Assembly (NCBI RefSeq): GCF_964355755.1
Contig: NC_092678.1
Coordinates: forward strand, 14,100,371 to 14,164,370
Source: Antedon mediterranea
Taxonomy: Eukaryota > Animalia > Echinodermata
Direction: 5' to 3'
DNA length: 64,000 nucleotides
The notes under the pieces were generated by a model. The model did not search any database and was not told where the DNA came from. It saw only the letters and a list, made by a program, of their open reading frames with translations. Each line of letters starts with the position of its first letter. Position 1 is the first letter of the stretch. This document shows, one piece after another, positions 1-12,104 of this stretch. The position numbers were made by a program, and so were the translations under genes.

Positions 1-2020
1 GATTGTTTAACTTTTCAATGGGTATTCGTTCGATGTACATAATGCATTGGGACATTAAACATTTATGCAAAACTCATCTTCAAGACTTTCTTCACCAAGG
101 GCAGTACACGTTTATTGTTAAAGTATTCAACATGTGGTGTCACGCATAACGTTCGTTCGATAATGTTTTAGAAAAATCAATCACAATGCGTGTTTAAAAC
201 ACCGGGTCATACAAAATGAGAGAAATAAAAAGTATATATATTTAAACTGGACATATTATTTATTTAAAGAAAAAAAAACATATTCATTCAATCCAACGAT
301 ATAACAACGTGCATCATTGTCTGGCATGCTATAATACAAACGATTACTTCGACCTCAATGACAGTGTGCGTCAATGTTTAAGCATTCAGTTTACACACAA
401 GAGAGAACATACATCCCCTTATACAAAATATGTTCATAACCTTCTAGATCATTCCTTATACGGTACTTCTCACTCAATATTATCAATTCATTATCCCTTT
501 ATCCTCCCGGGCCCTTTATCAATTCATTATCCCTTTATCGACAACATCGCGTTACAGAACTTCTATAATAAAACTAAAATATACCCATTTAGAAACAAAG
601 TATAACTAGATTTAATTCGTCACTATGACGAATTATAGGTTATATGCATTGATTTAAAAAAAGATAATTGATTTGTAAAAGATATATTGATTGATTGATT
701 TTCTCAGAATCTTTAATTATTTATAATATATGATAGGACCTTGCTAACGCGAACACCATAGCCGGTATCACAATCCGATCAAAGATCCATATGCGTATAA
801 TGTCATAAACCACATTTGTTGTTACATAATAATAAAGACATAAGTTAATTTTTATCTAGATTTCATTATAAATCATGTGTATAATCTATACACTAAGAAA
901 TAAATTTGAACAAACAATACGGATAATAAAAAAAAAAAATCTTATTTCGTTTCCCAAGGTGAGACTCGATCTCGGTACCTTGAATGCCATAGACACGAGC
1001 ACAGACCACCGAGCCGTACACAACTGACTAAAAGTTGTAGAAAAATTCCTCCGTGTATTTACTATGCAGTAACCACTTTGATGCAAATAGATTATTACAT
1101 ACCGAAATGAATTATAATTTTTTACTATGATGACATCTTTAAAATGTATACAAATGATGCACTGTCAAACTACATACTTTTAACTTTAATATATGAATTT
1201 TTGAAGGAAGAAAGTTAATGTTAAGTTTGTTATTTTGGCCTAAGAAAATGTCATAATTTGTTTGATTGTCGAAATTATGTTTTTTTAATTTAATATGCAA
1301 TTAATGATGACTTAATCAACTTTTGTTCTCTTAATTTGATAATAAATCATACATGTGATACATACACTTCAAGAAAATGAAATAAAAAATAGGTGTTCCC
1401 CTGCATTCTGACGATATATATTAATTTTAAAATTTAGCATATTTTCACCATTTTGTTAACTTATACGTGCGTAGCCAGTCACTTTTAACGTGCTCGTATA
1501 ACGCAATTTCGAGTTGAAACCTGAATCAAATATGATGATATTATTAAAGAAAGATTGTAAAACAGAAATCGGGCAAAAAGAGTGCGCATTAACGTTTAAC
1601 GCGCAGTGCGCGTGCAAAAATCTGCGCACTCATGGCAATTTTTTAAACGCTTAAAATTGCCTGAAACGTACTCTAATTTCATCGAAAATAAATTTTGACA
1701 ATTTTGAACATTTTAAGCGCGCGTACGCAAGCGTTATATGCGCTACGCACGTAATTTAATTGCCATATGATGAAATATGACCTGAAATTTATGAGTACCA
1801 AATTTTGTTTAATTGTGATTCACGCTTGTGAAGATATGATTACAAACGTGATTTCGTAAAATCGCGCGTAGACCGCGTAATTTTTGATTACGCATCGTGA
1901 AAATATAACCACATCGATTCCTGGCCATAAGGAATATACTCTGAAAAATTGACTTAGCTAGATTAAACTGATGCCAAGATAATGCACGGACAAAATAGTG
2001 CTAAGGAAAGAATAAATAAA

Positions 2021-5000
2021 CTAGAACTTAAACTCGTCACTTGAGGACGAGTTTGGTTATCCGCCAGCAACAAAGCGTATCTTGCGTATTCAAGTACTTC
2101 CAAGTTATGACTTTTCCAAAAAAAGTAGGCTATTCAAAATTAAAACTGCCCTCTCAGTGTAATAACCAACTAAACCCTTTTAATTAATTGTTTTCCCGTG
2201 ACGGGACTCGAACCCGGTACCTCTGATACCAAAGTCGGTTGCATTACACATCGAGCCATATGACCACCTGCTGACGAAAATCCTAAGAAAGAGTCCTCGT
2301 TCATTCGGTATGTCGTGAACCCCCTCGATGCAAGTTGATTATTACATATCAAACTTAAATCATAAATTTTACTATGATGAAATCTTCAAAAATTTTAAAC
2401 GCTGATATTTTATGAAAGTACATACTTTCAAGTTTTATATATTAACATGTAAAGAAAAAAGATAAATGTTATGTTTATTGTTTTGCTCTTTGAATAAGTT
2501 TATGTTTGTTTGATGATAAATATTTCAAAAATTATATTTAATATGCAAATAATGTAGCCATCAAACACGTTTTAGCATTCAACACTATAATAAATCAGAC
2601 CTATGATTCATACACTGCAAGAAATTAAAATAAAAAATGGGGGTAACCTTGCATTCTGATGAACTGTGTCATTTTTAAAAGTAGACATATTTTGGAACAT
2701 TTTCACAATTTGTTGACGTTTTCGTGCGCAACCTGTCATGTTTAACGTGCTCGTAGAACGCCATTTCAAGTTGAAAAGTGAATAAAATAACGTAAAATTG
2801 TTAACAGAAGATTTAAAAACACAAATCGTGTAAAAGAAATGCTCATACCTGTTCCCTGCGCCGTGCGCGCGTAAAAATGTGCGCACCAGTGGCAATTTTT
2901 TAAACGCTTAAAATGACCTGAATCGTGCTCTAATTTAATCAGAAATTGATTTGAAGCATTTTAAAATTTCAAACGCCATTTACGCGCGCACTTTCTAATG
3001 TTACAAATTGCGATAGCGTTAAAAAAGTTAACTATTGATGTGAAGCAAACGTGGCTGAAAATGACGTTAAAAAATATTCATTTGTTTCGAAGTTATAACC
3101 AATTTAAGATTTTCAGAAAATCACGCGTAACTTACGCTACGCGGCTCTGACATCGTCAAAAAGCTTGGCTGGACAACTTCAGTAAAATGTCTATATGTTG
3201 AACAAGTTACAAAATGTTATGTTAACGCGTTACAGAGAAACAGCGTGCACAAATTAGGAGCATTTTAAAATTTCAAACGCAGTTTACGCGCAGACTTTCT
3301 AGTGTTCAAAAATTTGCTGAAGAGCGAAAAAGTTAGCCATTGATGTGAAGAAAACGTGGCTGAAAATTTCGTTAAAAAATATTTATCGGTTTCGAAGTTA
3401 TGACCGATTTAAGATTTTCAGAAAATCGCGCGTAACTTACGCTACGCGGATCTGACATTGTCAAAAAGCTTCGCAGTACATCTTCAGTTAATTGTCTATA
3501 TGTTGACCAAGTTACAAAATGTTATGTTAACACGTTCAAGAGAAAACGCGTACACAAAATCGGAGAAAGAAAGAAGAATAACTAGAACTTAAACTCGTCA
3601 CTTGAGGACGAGTTTGGTTATCCGCCAGCAACAAAGCGTATCTTGCGTATTCAAGTACTTCCAAGTTATGACTTTTCCAAAAAAAGTAGGCTATTCAAAA
3701 TTAAAACTGCCCTCTCAGTGTAATAACCAACTAAACCCTTTTAATTAATTGTTTTCCCGTGACGGGACTCGAACCCGGTACCTCTGATACCAAAGTCGGT
3801 TGCATTACACATCGAGCCATATGACCACCTGCTGACGAAAATCCGAAGAAAGAGTCCTCGTTCATTCGGTATGTCGTGAACCCCCTCGATGCAAGTTGAT
3901 TATTACATATCAAACTTAAATCATAAATTTTACTATGATGAAATCTTCAAAAATTTTAAACGCTGATATTTTATGAAAGTACATACTTTCAAGTTTTATA
4001 TATTAACATGTAAAGAAAAAAGATAAATGTTATGTTTATTGTTTTGCTCTTTAAATAAGTTTATGTTTGTTTGATGATAAATATTTCAAAAATTATATTT
4101 AATATGCAAATAATGTAGCCATCAAACACGTTTTAGCATTCAACACTATAATAAATCAGACCTATGATTCATACACTGCAAGAAATTAAAATAAAAAATG
4201 GGGGTAACCTTGCATTCTGATGAACTGTGTCATTTTTAAAAGTAGACATATTTTGGAACATTTTCACAATTTGTTGACGTTTTCGTGCGCAACCTGTCAT
4301 GTTTAACGTGCTCGTAGAACGCCATTTCAAGTTGAAAAGTGAATAAAATAACGTAAAATTGTTAACAGAAGATTTAAAAACACAAATCGTGTAAAAGAAA
4401 TGCTCATACCTGTTCCCTGCGCCGTGCGCGCGTAAAAATGTGCGCACCAGTGGCAATTTTTTAAACGCTTAAAATGACCTGAATCGTGCTCTAATTTAAT
4501 CAGAAATTGATTTGAAGCATTTTAAAATTTCAAACGCCATTTACGCGCGCACTTTCTAATGTTACAAATTGCGATAGCGTTAAAAAGGTTAACTATTGAT
4601 GTGAAGCAAACGTGGCTGAAAATGACGTTAAAAAATATTCATTTGTTTCGAAGTTATAACCAATTTAAGATTTTCAGAAAATCACGCGTAACTTACGCTA
4701 CGCGGCTCTGACATCGTCAAAAAGCTTGGCTGGACAACTTCAGTAAAATGTCTATATGTTGAACAAGTTACAAAATGTTATGTTAACGCGTTACAGAGAA
4801 ACAGCGTGCACAAATTAGGAGCATTTTAAAATTTCAAACGCAGTTTACGCGCAGACTTTCTAGTGTTCAAAAATTTGCTGAAGAGCGAAAAAGTTAGCCA
4901 TTGATGTGAAGAAAACGTGGCTGAAAATTTCGTTAAAAAATATTTATCGGTTTCGAAGTTATGACCGATTTAAGATTTTCAGAAAATCGCGCGTAACTTA

Positions 5001-5140
5001 CGCTACGCGGATCTGACATTGTCAAAAAGCTTCGCAGTACATCTTCAGTTAATTGTCTATATGTTGACCAAGTTACAAAATGTTATGTTAACACGTTCAA
5101 GAGAAAACGCGTACACAAAATCGGAGAAAGAAAGAAGAAT
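2021..5140. repeat. Near-identical tandem duplication, period 1561 bp, each unit with an internal ~300-bp duplication
   Basis: CTAGAACTTAAACTCGTCAC starts at 2021 and 3582. The spurious ORFs repeat at +1561 (2170/3731, 2608/4169). Only a few substitutions are visible. Confidence 0.95.
2192..2268 (-). other. tRNA-derived (Pol III A/B box) segment inside the HINE; copy at ~3753-3829, diverged copy at ~950-1020
   Basis: Minus strand reads GGTCATATGGCTCGATGTGTAA...CCGGGTTCGAGTCCCGTCACGGGAA. It has A-box-like TGGCTCGATGTG and B-box GGTTCGAGTCC, but the acceptor stem does not pair, so it is not called a tRNA. Confidence 0.65.
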
Positions 5141-5271
5141 AATAAAAAAAAAAAGTAACACTACAATAACAAAGGTTATCCGCTTGAGGCGGATAACCAA
5201 TAAATAAATAAATAAATAAAGATTTTGACAGAATCAAGAGGTTATATGCATATCATGCATATAACCTAATT

Positions 5272-5900
5272 ATTGTCTGTCACGCGGCGTGTAACGCAGG
5301 TATATTATCTGCCAATAGAGGGCGCACTACTTATTGTATTCGTTATCAGGACTACAAAATACTATACAAGCCGTTTAAATTATAATAATATCAATTCATT
5401 ATCCCTTCAATCGATAACAAACACTTTGTCTTCTATTAATATACCGTTTAGTATAACTTCGAATACACTTTTGTTAGTTTTTTTAATCAGGGTTCATTAT
5501 CGAATACATCGTGTTAGAGAACAACTATAAGTTAGTAAATACAGTATATATTTTCTGTCACGACGTTTAATATCATAATACAGTCATATTATCTGTCAAT
5601 AGAGGGCGCAATACTTATTTCTTTCGTTATCTGGACTACAATTAGTACTACACGGCGTTTAATTCATTATCCCTTTATCGACAACAAACACGCCGTCTTC
5701 TACGTTTAGTAAAACTTCGAATACACTTTTAATTCTGTATACTGTTTAGTTTACAAATTACACATTTTATTATCAATTCATTATCCCTTTATCGCGAGAA
5801 CATCGTGTTAGAGAACAACACGCCGTCGTTTATATTAAAAGCATACATACCCGTTTAGATTACCAAATGCACTTTATTGTTATCGAATAGATCGTACTAT
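5272..5900. repeat. Degenerate ~280-bp repeat region with AATTCATTATCCCTTTATCG units, also present at 480-560 on the far side of the HINEs
   Basis: The motif occurs at ~485, 521, 5393, 5661 and 5775. The block TATTATCTGYCAATAGAGGGCGCA...GGACTACAA is duplicated at ~5303 and ~5587. Confidence 0.75.
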
Positions 5901-6344
5901 AGATTCTGTTAATTTCTTTTATTATTGATTAATGAGTGTTAGCAAGAAACAAAACAAAACAAAAACAGCACAGATTTTATAAGATAAGATTATTGTATTC
6001 ATCAACATCACATGTATCTAAGTGATCAACTAACTGAACATGTTCTATGAAATTAAACTCTTTCAGACAACGAGGACATTGTAATAATTCATCCAAATTA
6101 CTTACCGTCTTCTACAGCTGCATAATCATCACAAACTAATTCAGGAATATCGGGAGTATTAGAAGATTATAAGATTGTTCAAGTGACGCATACGTCTCTT
6201 GATATTGACCAATTATTTTATCAAGTCTGTTATTGTGTTTAGTCAATTCAATTCGCATGTCTTTCCCAAATCTGTTGCCAAACTAAGAACAGCAGCATCG
6301 ATTTTTTTTTTCGTTTCTCTGTTTGCATCCGCTCAAGTTCAGCA

Positions 6345-6790
6345 AAGATTCTTGTATGTCCAGATATCGGTCTACGTCGTGGAGAATTGGAGAATATGAG
6401 AAAGGCAAATGATATATTTTACAGACTTTAGAAACGAGATTTGTTGTAACAAAAAAAAAAGTTAGGATTGCTTATAGAACTGTTTGAGTTGATAGGACAT
6501 GGGTGTATGGCTGCTAAAATAAAACAGTATGCAACAACAACAGATTACGTCTCACCTTACAAAAAAAAAATCTTTCTCGTTTACCCCACAGACGTATGAC
6601 AATTCATATTGCATCTGAAATGGGAGAGAGTGACATGAATATTTTAAAGCGGTTTCTAAAAGCCGAATTACCAACAGCAGAACTTTTTTGAGAATTCAAT
6701 TGAGCTGTTTAGTGTGATGGAGAAAATGGGATACATCTTTTCTCGAAAAAATTGGAAAGGAATAAAACAATTATCATATAATATCAGCAG
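6345..6790 (+). pseudogene. Decayed paralog of the tandem-DED (vFLIP-like) gene
   Basis: From 6366 the frame reads IGLRRGELENMRKANDIFYRL*KRDLL*QKKKLGLLIELFELIGH...YVSPY. An acceptor CCACAG|ACGTATG then gives RMTIHIASEMGESDMNILKRFL..., and after a frameshift ENSIELFSVMEKMGYI. It aligns with the gene at 7286, including the same splice junction. Confidence 0.75.
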
Positions 6791-7043
6791 TGACCGGGTT
6801 TAGACGAACTTTGTCACATGGTCTATGTTTTGGCCAGTCTACACCCAACTTTGAGACAATGCTATTGTTTTTAGCTTTTCTCATCTTGCTTTTCACACCT
6901 ATCAGAAACACTTCACTATTGTTCATGAGAAACAGCCAGTTTCAATCCCTCCCATTGTGTGAACTTGCCATTGTTTCTGGCTTTCACACCAGTCCCACCC
7001 TTTCCACTTATATTCCAAGTTTCCTCGACTTTCTGCATTCTCA

Positions 7044-7083
7044 CTCCTGAAGACGATCAAAGCATATTGATCGAAACGTCGAG
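7044..7083 (+). ncRNA. Minimal type I hammerhead ribozyme (Penelope-like element type)
   Basis: CTC-CTGAAGA-C-GATCAA-agcata-TTGATC-GAAAC-GTC-GAG: CUGAnGA core, 6-bp stem II, GAAAC, palindromic mini stem III with GUC cleavage triplet, short CTC/GAG stem I. Confidence 0.75.
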
Positions 7084-7285
7084 AAACTCAACAGTTCTTT
7101 TCAGAACTAATACATCGAATACAACCGTTTTGTCATAACTTTCGTCATCGATCACAAAGGATTCGTCATAGCTTTCGTCATCACAAACAGTATACAAACG
7201 AAAACAATGACAACTGCAGCTGCTATGGCCACTTTCGACTACTTAAGAGAGAGAGAGAAAATCATTCAGTTTATATTTGTTCACC

Positions 7286-7971
7286 ATGGGTGCAGGTAAC
7301 GATAGCAAGACATTTACTGACGCAACCTATAGCAAATTGATTGTCGAACTAGACAGTGCACTGACAAAAACTGATGTCTGTAAACTCAAATACTTATGTC
7401 TCGATAAAACGATCGGTCTTCGCTATGAAGAATTTGATGAAATCTCTTCATTCATTGAATTAGTTTCTCGTCTTGAAGGCATGAAGAAAGTATCAAAAAT
7501 GAACTTAAACTTACTCGAAGAACTGCTGGGTAATATAGGCGAGATTGAAATGGCGTGTAGAGTAGAACGATACTTGCAGAAAAAAGCGATGCCTATCATC
7601 TCACGGTATAGGTAAGTTTAATATTGATATTTGTTTTTTTTTTTCTTTTGTTTTTGTTTTGTTTTTTTAATATGGTCAGCAGAATCTTATTATTATTATT
7701 TTATCTATTTTCATCTAGACGTATGCTTGTTGATATTGCTTCAAATATTGATAAAGAGCAAGTGAATGAATTGAAGAATCTTCTGAAAAGCTACATGCCA
7801 AGAAAACACATAAAACGGATAAACAATTCGTTTGAGCTCTTTATCGAGTTGGAACATCTAGATTTCATATCAGAAAATAACGTAAATTTGATAGGCTCAA
7901 TTGGAGATTTGTTGAACGATATGTATATAACTATCGCCATTATTGCCTATGGCGGATCACGATGTTGGTAG
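7286..7971 (+). CDS. Two-DED protein (vFLIP/cFLIP-short-like), spliced: join(7286..7611,7719..7971), ~192 aa
   Basis: Kozak CACCATGG. Donor AG|GTAAGT at 7612 and pyrimidine-tract TAG acceptor at 7718 restore ISRYRRMLVDIASNID. DED hallmarks LKYLC, FIELVSRLE, NLNLLEELL and SFELFIELEHLDFISENN. No caspase domain. Confidence 0.85.
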
Positions 7972-8267
7972 TATAGTAATAAAAAAAAAAGTTTAAAAAA
8001 TTGGTGTTTCTATGTTATCATTGCAAGTAATGACGACGACGACGACGATGAGAGATATTATATTGTACATAATATTTATTATTGAAATATGAACAACAAC
8101 AACAGAGATAAACATAATATTTTCGATGAAATGTTATAACCGGAGGAGGAGGTGGATGACGCACCACGCAGTTGGTCAGACGAGTGTATAGAGGTATTCG
8201 TTGCTGCTGCTGCTGTAGTGGTGGTGGTGGTAGGTATGTCGATGATGCACGAATAAGCATCCTGCAC

Positions 8268-9939
8268 TTAGTATAATGCCTTGTTTATGTACAGAGCGGC
8301 TATGACACCGGTTATAGAATTACTTTCTTCGTCTACCTTTCCGACAATCACTGTAGTCGCATTCTTTGTAGTTGAAACGGTGTTGAACTCGTCGGTGGGT
8401 AACTTTTCTTCTTGTATGTAACCGGAGAACTTACATCGAACGTACAGTCTATTTCTGTAAACTTCAACATACGCCCATGTATTCGTGATGTACTGTTGCG
8501 TGCTTATAATCTGAACACGAAGGCCGGAAGGTGATTTGAATATAACGTGTAGATAATTGTCAACGAGTCGCGCGTTAAAATTTGTCGTATCACTCTGATA
8601 GCTTAAAATGTTGCCGGAATTTCTTAGCGATATAAAGTAAAAAGAGACTGACGCTTTATCGATCATCAACAGCGGTGTTGTAAGCTTGACGCAGTCTGTT
8701 TGATTCAAAAAGAAACTTTTCGATGACGACGGTTTGTACCATAATTGATAGTCTATCCTGGTGTCTACGTCGCGTAAAATCATATTCTCTGGCTCAATTT
8801 TGTCAACGACGACCGGGCCGTCGTTGCAATCAGTGCGAAGATTCAAAGAATCCATCGTCCATCCGTTGATGGTGAAATCGGCGATAGTTCCATCGATCGA
8901 CGGTAAACGATTGTTTGCGCCAATTATAAACACACCATCCTGTCGGTAAGGAGACTTAAATTCAGACGGTAGCCGTTGCCATCGACTAACCACCTTCGAG
9001 TTTGAAGACAAGCGTACAAACCCCATGACCAATTCGAGAGTGTATTGATACCAAGTACCCTGCGTCATTCGTCCGATGTTTTTGATGACAGTCATACGCG
9101 ACAAAGACACAAAACTGAACTTCAATCGTCCTCCCGGTACGACAACAATTGACATTCGTACGTCGGCACTGTATTCATACAGTAGTATTTGTCGTTTTTC
9201 GTCCACCGTATCCAGTTTAATGTAGAATTCGATGACCATTGTGTTTTCTAAACGATTCAAAGTGGGAACGGTGAAGGAACGACAAGATTTCTTTTTCAAG
9301 TCAATTCTGAATGCAGACTCGAGTGGCGGTGCAGACGGTGTCGTCATGAACGTAACCTCGTCGACGACATCATCATCGTGTGTACACGTTTCGGCTATAC
9401 TCGGTTGTAATTGAAGATTGTTTACTTTCAACATTGTCACTGTACCTACAATCGACTTTAAAGTATCACTTGCGCCCACCTTAAGCGTTGTCACCACATC
9501 GTTGGGCGTAAACCTTTTCATCACTTGTGCCCATTCGTCGAAGGCCGTATTCAACGACAAGTACACTTGATTTCCTTTTCGTTTTATCAACACCTGGTAC
9601 CATTCTCGTATCGCAAGTTTTTCAATGCTGCTAAGTCGAGCCGTTTTCGACTTTGCTGTTGCCGAAGAGCTGCGGCTACGCAACTCTACGACTAAATGGC
9701 CGTCTTCTATCAAGACGGACGGTCCGAACGCTTCGGCGTTGTTCACCACGTTGGAATACATGATTTGTCCGTCTTCTTTTTTCGTGAGTTTCAACAAGAA
9801 TTTTACGTTCACCGTTTCATTGAACGTGTACAGGTCGTACGGATCGATATCGAATGCATAACAAGAATCGTTCGTCAACTTCATCTTCCAATCGCCGATC
9901 AATGAAACCGTATGATCTGCTGTCGTTGCCCGTGCGTTT

Positions 9940-9970
<31 letters not shown>

Positions 9971-11276
9971 CATCATTTTCGTTGAATGTGCAGTCTGTAA
10001 CCGTGTTGGGTTGCAGTAACCATCCGTTAAACTGAAAGGATGCTATGCAACCGGTTATCGACTGTGTTCTATTGGTACTGCCCAAATGAAATGTACCGTT
10101 CAAATCTAGGCTGGTACCGCCCATCGTATCGTTCAGCTTTGTCCAACCACCGACGTTGAAATCCGAATCAATTCTAGCCTGATTACCGATTCTGGAAACG
10201 TCGAAATGATACCAATTTTCGACAACGAGCACATGATCGCTGACAACTGTCAGCGATCCAGAACCCATGTTAAATGTAGCGTTCAATCGACCGTCGACGA
10301 TACCCAAAAACATATAATCCTCGTTGCCACTGCTGTACAGAATCTGTCCATCGGCGTCTTTGTTTAGTTTTATGTAAAACGATAAGAACACTCTGTCCTG
10401 ATAGTCGACGTCACTAGGCCATTGAAAAGTAGTAGAAACGGCGTGAGATAAGTGAAATGCACGTTCACCCTTTAGTAAATTTGCCCTGCTAACAGATTGC
10501 GTTGCAGTAGCGCCACGTTCTCGTTGCTGCTGCTGATGCTCAGTTACTTTGCACGTCTTCAGATTCTGCGGTAAGAGGCGTTTACCGTTGAACTGGAACA
10601 AAGCGAGACACGCGCTCACCGATGGGAACGTATCGGACGCACCTATGCCGTACAGATTGTTTGTGTCGAGGCGAGTGTAGTTTCCGTGTACACTCGACCA
10701 AGGTCCGAACAGACCGTTTGTTACGATTCTGGCCCACGATCCAACTCGTTTAACGGTGAAATGATACCATTTTCCAACTAAAACGTTCTCTCGACTCACC
10801 ACCGTCAACGGTTTCGAGCCAAGATCAAATGTGGCAGCCAGTCGACTGTCCAAAATTCGTATAAACATGTAATCTTTGTCACTGTTGCTGTACAGAATTT
10901 GCCCATCTCTCGATTCGTTCAATTTAATGTAAAACGACGCAGACATCTGATGTCGATAGTCGACCTTGCTTTTGTTTGCAGACAAATCAAATTCCAGTCT
11001 AGTGTTAAGGTCCACGTTGAACGTCGACTCATCGTCAAATAAAACGGTAACGTTACTTTGTCTGTCGGTTGTTATCATGTCCAGCACCTCGTATTCTCCC
11101 TCCGAGTTTGGACACGCAAACTCTCCGTTTCGTTCTATGTTAAACATACTCTCGCTTGAACATATCAGCGTTCTGTTACCGTTCGCAAGTTGACCGTATG
11201 GCTTTCCGTGACGTATCACCTTGCCATCGCAATTTAAAAAAAATAGAAACATAAACAACAACATCATCATCATCAT
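8268..11276 (-). CDS. Secreted protein with 4-5 laminin-G-like domains
   Basis: N-terminal signal peptide. Repeated units of SFYIKL..DGQILYS...DYMF..I.DGRL.A.F..GS....V.S......WYH..V.R.G, each ending ...GC.A.FQFNG. No obvious C-terminal TM. Confidence 0.85.
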
Positions 11277-11376
11277 CGTTTGTTAATTGTTAAAGACATG
11301 TCGTTTAAACGTTAATAACTTTTTTCTTTTCGTGCATTGACGTGATCCACGTGGAAAAAAAAAAGAGGAAGAGAAG

Positions 11377-12072
11377 ATGATTTCCCACCAGCGACAAATG
11401 CGTACCATATGCAATAGAATAGAAGAACGAAAGCGCCATTCGTTTGGATTATGCGTCCTGAAACCATTGAGTGAATGCGTTGCCGACAATAATGCAGCAA
11501 CGGCGGACATGGACAAAAAATGTCTAACGTTCGTAAGCAACGTCAAGTCAACTCTAGAGTTTCTGTGTCGCCAAAGTAACATACGATTAGAGCCGTTTCA
11601 GAAGGAAATGTGTAACGCTGTCATAGCTGGACGATTCAACAAATTGTTTGGAGATCGAGCGTCGAAGCTGAGAATTCCATCACTTTGCATACTCGGCGTA
11701 CTGTCCGACGAGGAGGCACAGTCGATGACCGAACCGGCTCGATGGCATCCGGCCGTACGACATTCTGCCGCTAGAAAGATAGACGAATTCAATAGAAAGT
11801 TTACGGTTGTCAGAGTGCCTCGACGTAGCGGCAAGAATCGCGCCGGTCAACTTGTGGTGGCATCTCTTCTTGTACACGAAAATAGTATATCCGTCGTTAA
11901 CTGGGCTCAGGATTTGAACTGCGCGCGTACCAATCGAGAAGACGTCATTCGTCTATTGGAGATGGCTCAACGACGATACGCGTTCACGTTCAAAGGTGTT
12001 CCGGATGGAGTACAAGTGTTGCAGTCTACGGGCACGACGGCAAACTTTAGAAGTAAAGCAAACACGGCAAAC
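11377..12072 (+). CDS. DNA packaging terminase ATPase/nuclease subunit (UL15/UL89 family), exon 1
   Basis: LEPFQK adenine-binding motif and Walker A VRVPRRSGKN (herpes PRRHGKT). Ends FRSKANTAN at a phase-0 donor AAC|GTGAGT (12073). Confidence 0.9.
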
Positions 12073-12104
12073 GTGAGTATTGTTGTTCTTATTTTTTTTG
12101 CATC

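Larger units (their letters stand above)
2019..5199. mobile_element. Inner HINE-like element present as a head-to-tail dimer
   Basis: Starts AACTAG, then hairpin AAACTCGTC-ACTTGAG-GACGAGTTT and subterminal repeat GGTTATCCGC (2055-2064). Terminal palindrome GGTTATCCGC-TTGAG-GCGGATAACC at 5174-5198. Inserted into the AATAA-rich tract of the outer element. Confidence 0.7.
604..5269. mobile_element. Outer non-autonomous Helentron-associated (HINE/DINE-1-like) element, split by a nested relative
   Basis: Starts AACTAG, then hairpin AATTCGTCA-CTA-TGACGAATT and subterminal repeat AGGTTATATGCA (637-648). Ends with palindrome AGGTTATATGCA-TATCA-TGCATATAACCT (5239-5267). Body (604-2018) is a diverged relative of the inner element. 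No ORF. Confidence 0.7.

Noticed and set aside
2192-2268. Functional tRNA gene
   Set aside because: It has A/B boxes and a T-arm but no proper acceptor stem, and it sits inside a repeat element.
2170-4456. Duplicated 60-aa and 95-aa ORFs
   Set aside because: They lie in the non-coding HINE repeat and recur only because the DNA is duplicated.
6000-6320. Minus-strand gene remnant with a GTAAGT donor near 6107
   Set aside because: Multiple stops and no recognisable motif; cannot be supported.
7624-7718. Signal peptide or TM at the start of ORF 7624..7971
   Set aside because: It is the T-rich intron translated in frame.
5900-8300. Teratorn-like piggyBac end or telomeric-repeat integration junction
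   Set aside because: I saw no TTAA-flanked TIR, transposase or (TTAGGG)n array, so the boundary and integration mechanism are not determinable here.
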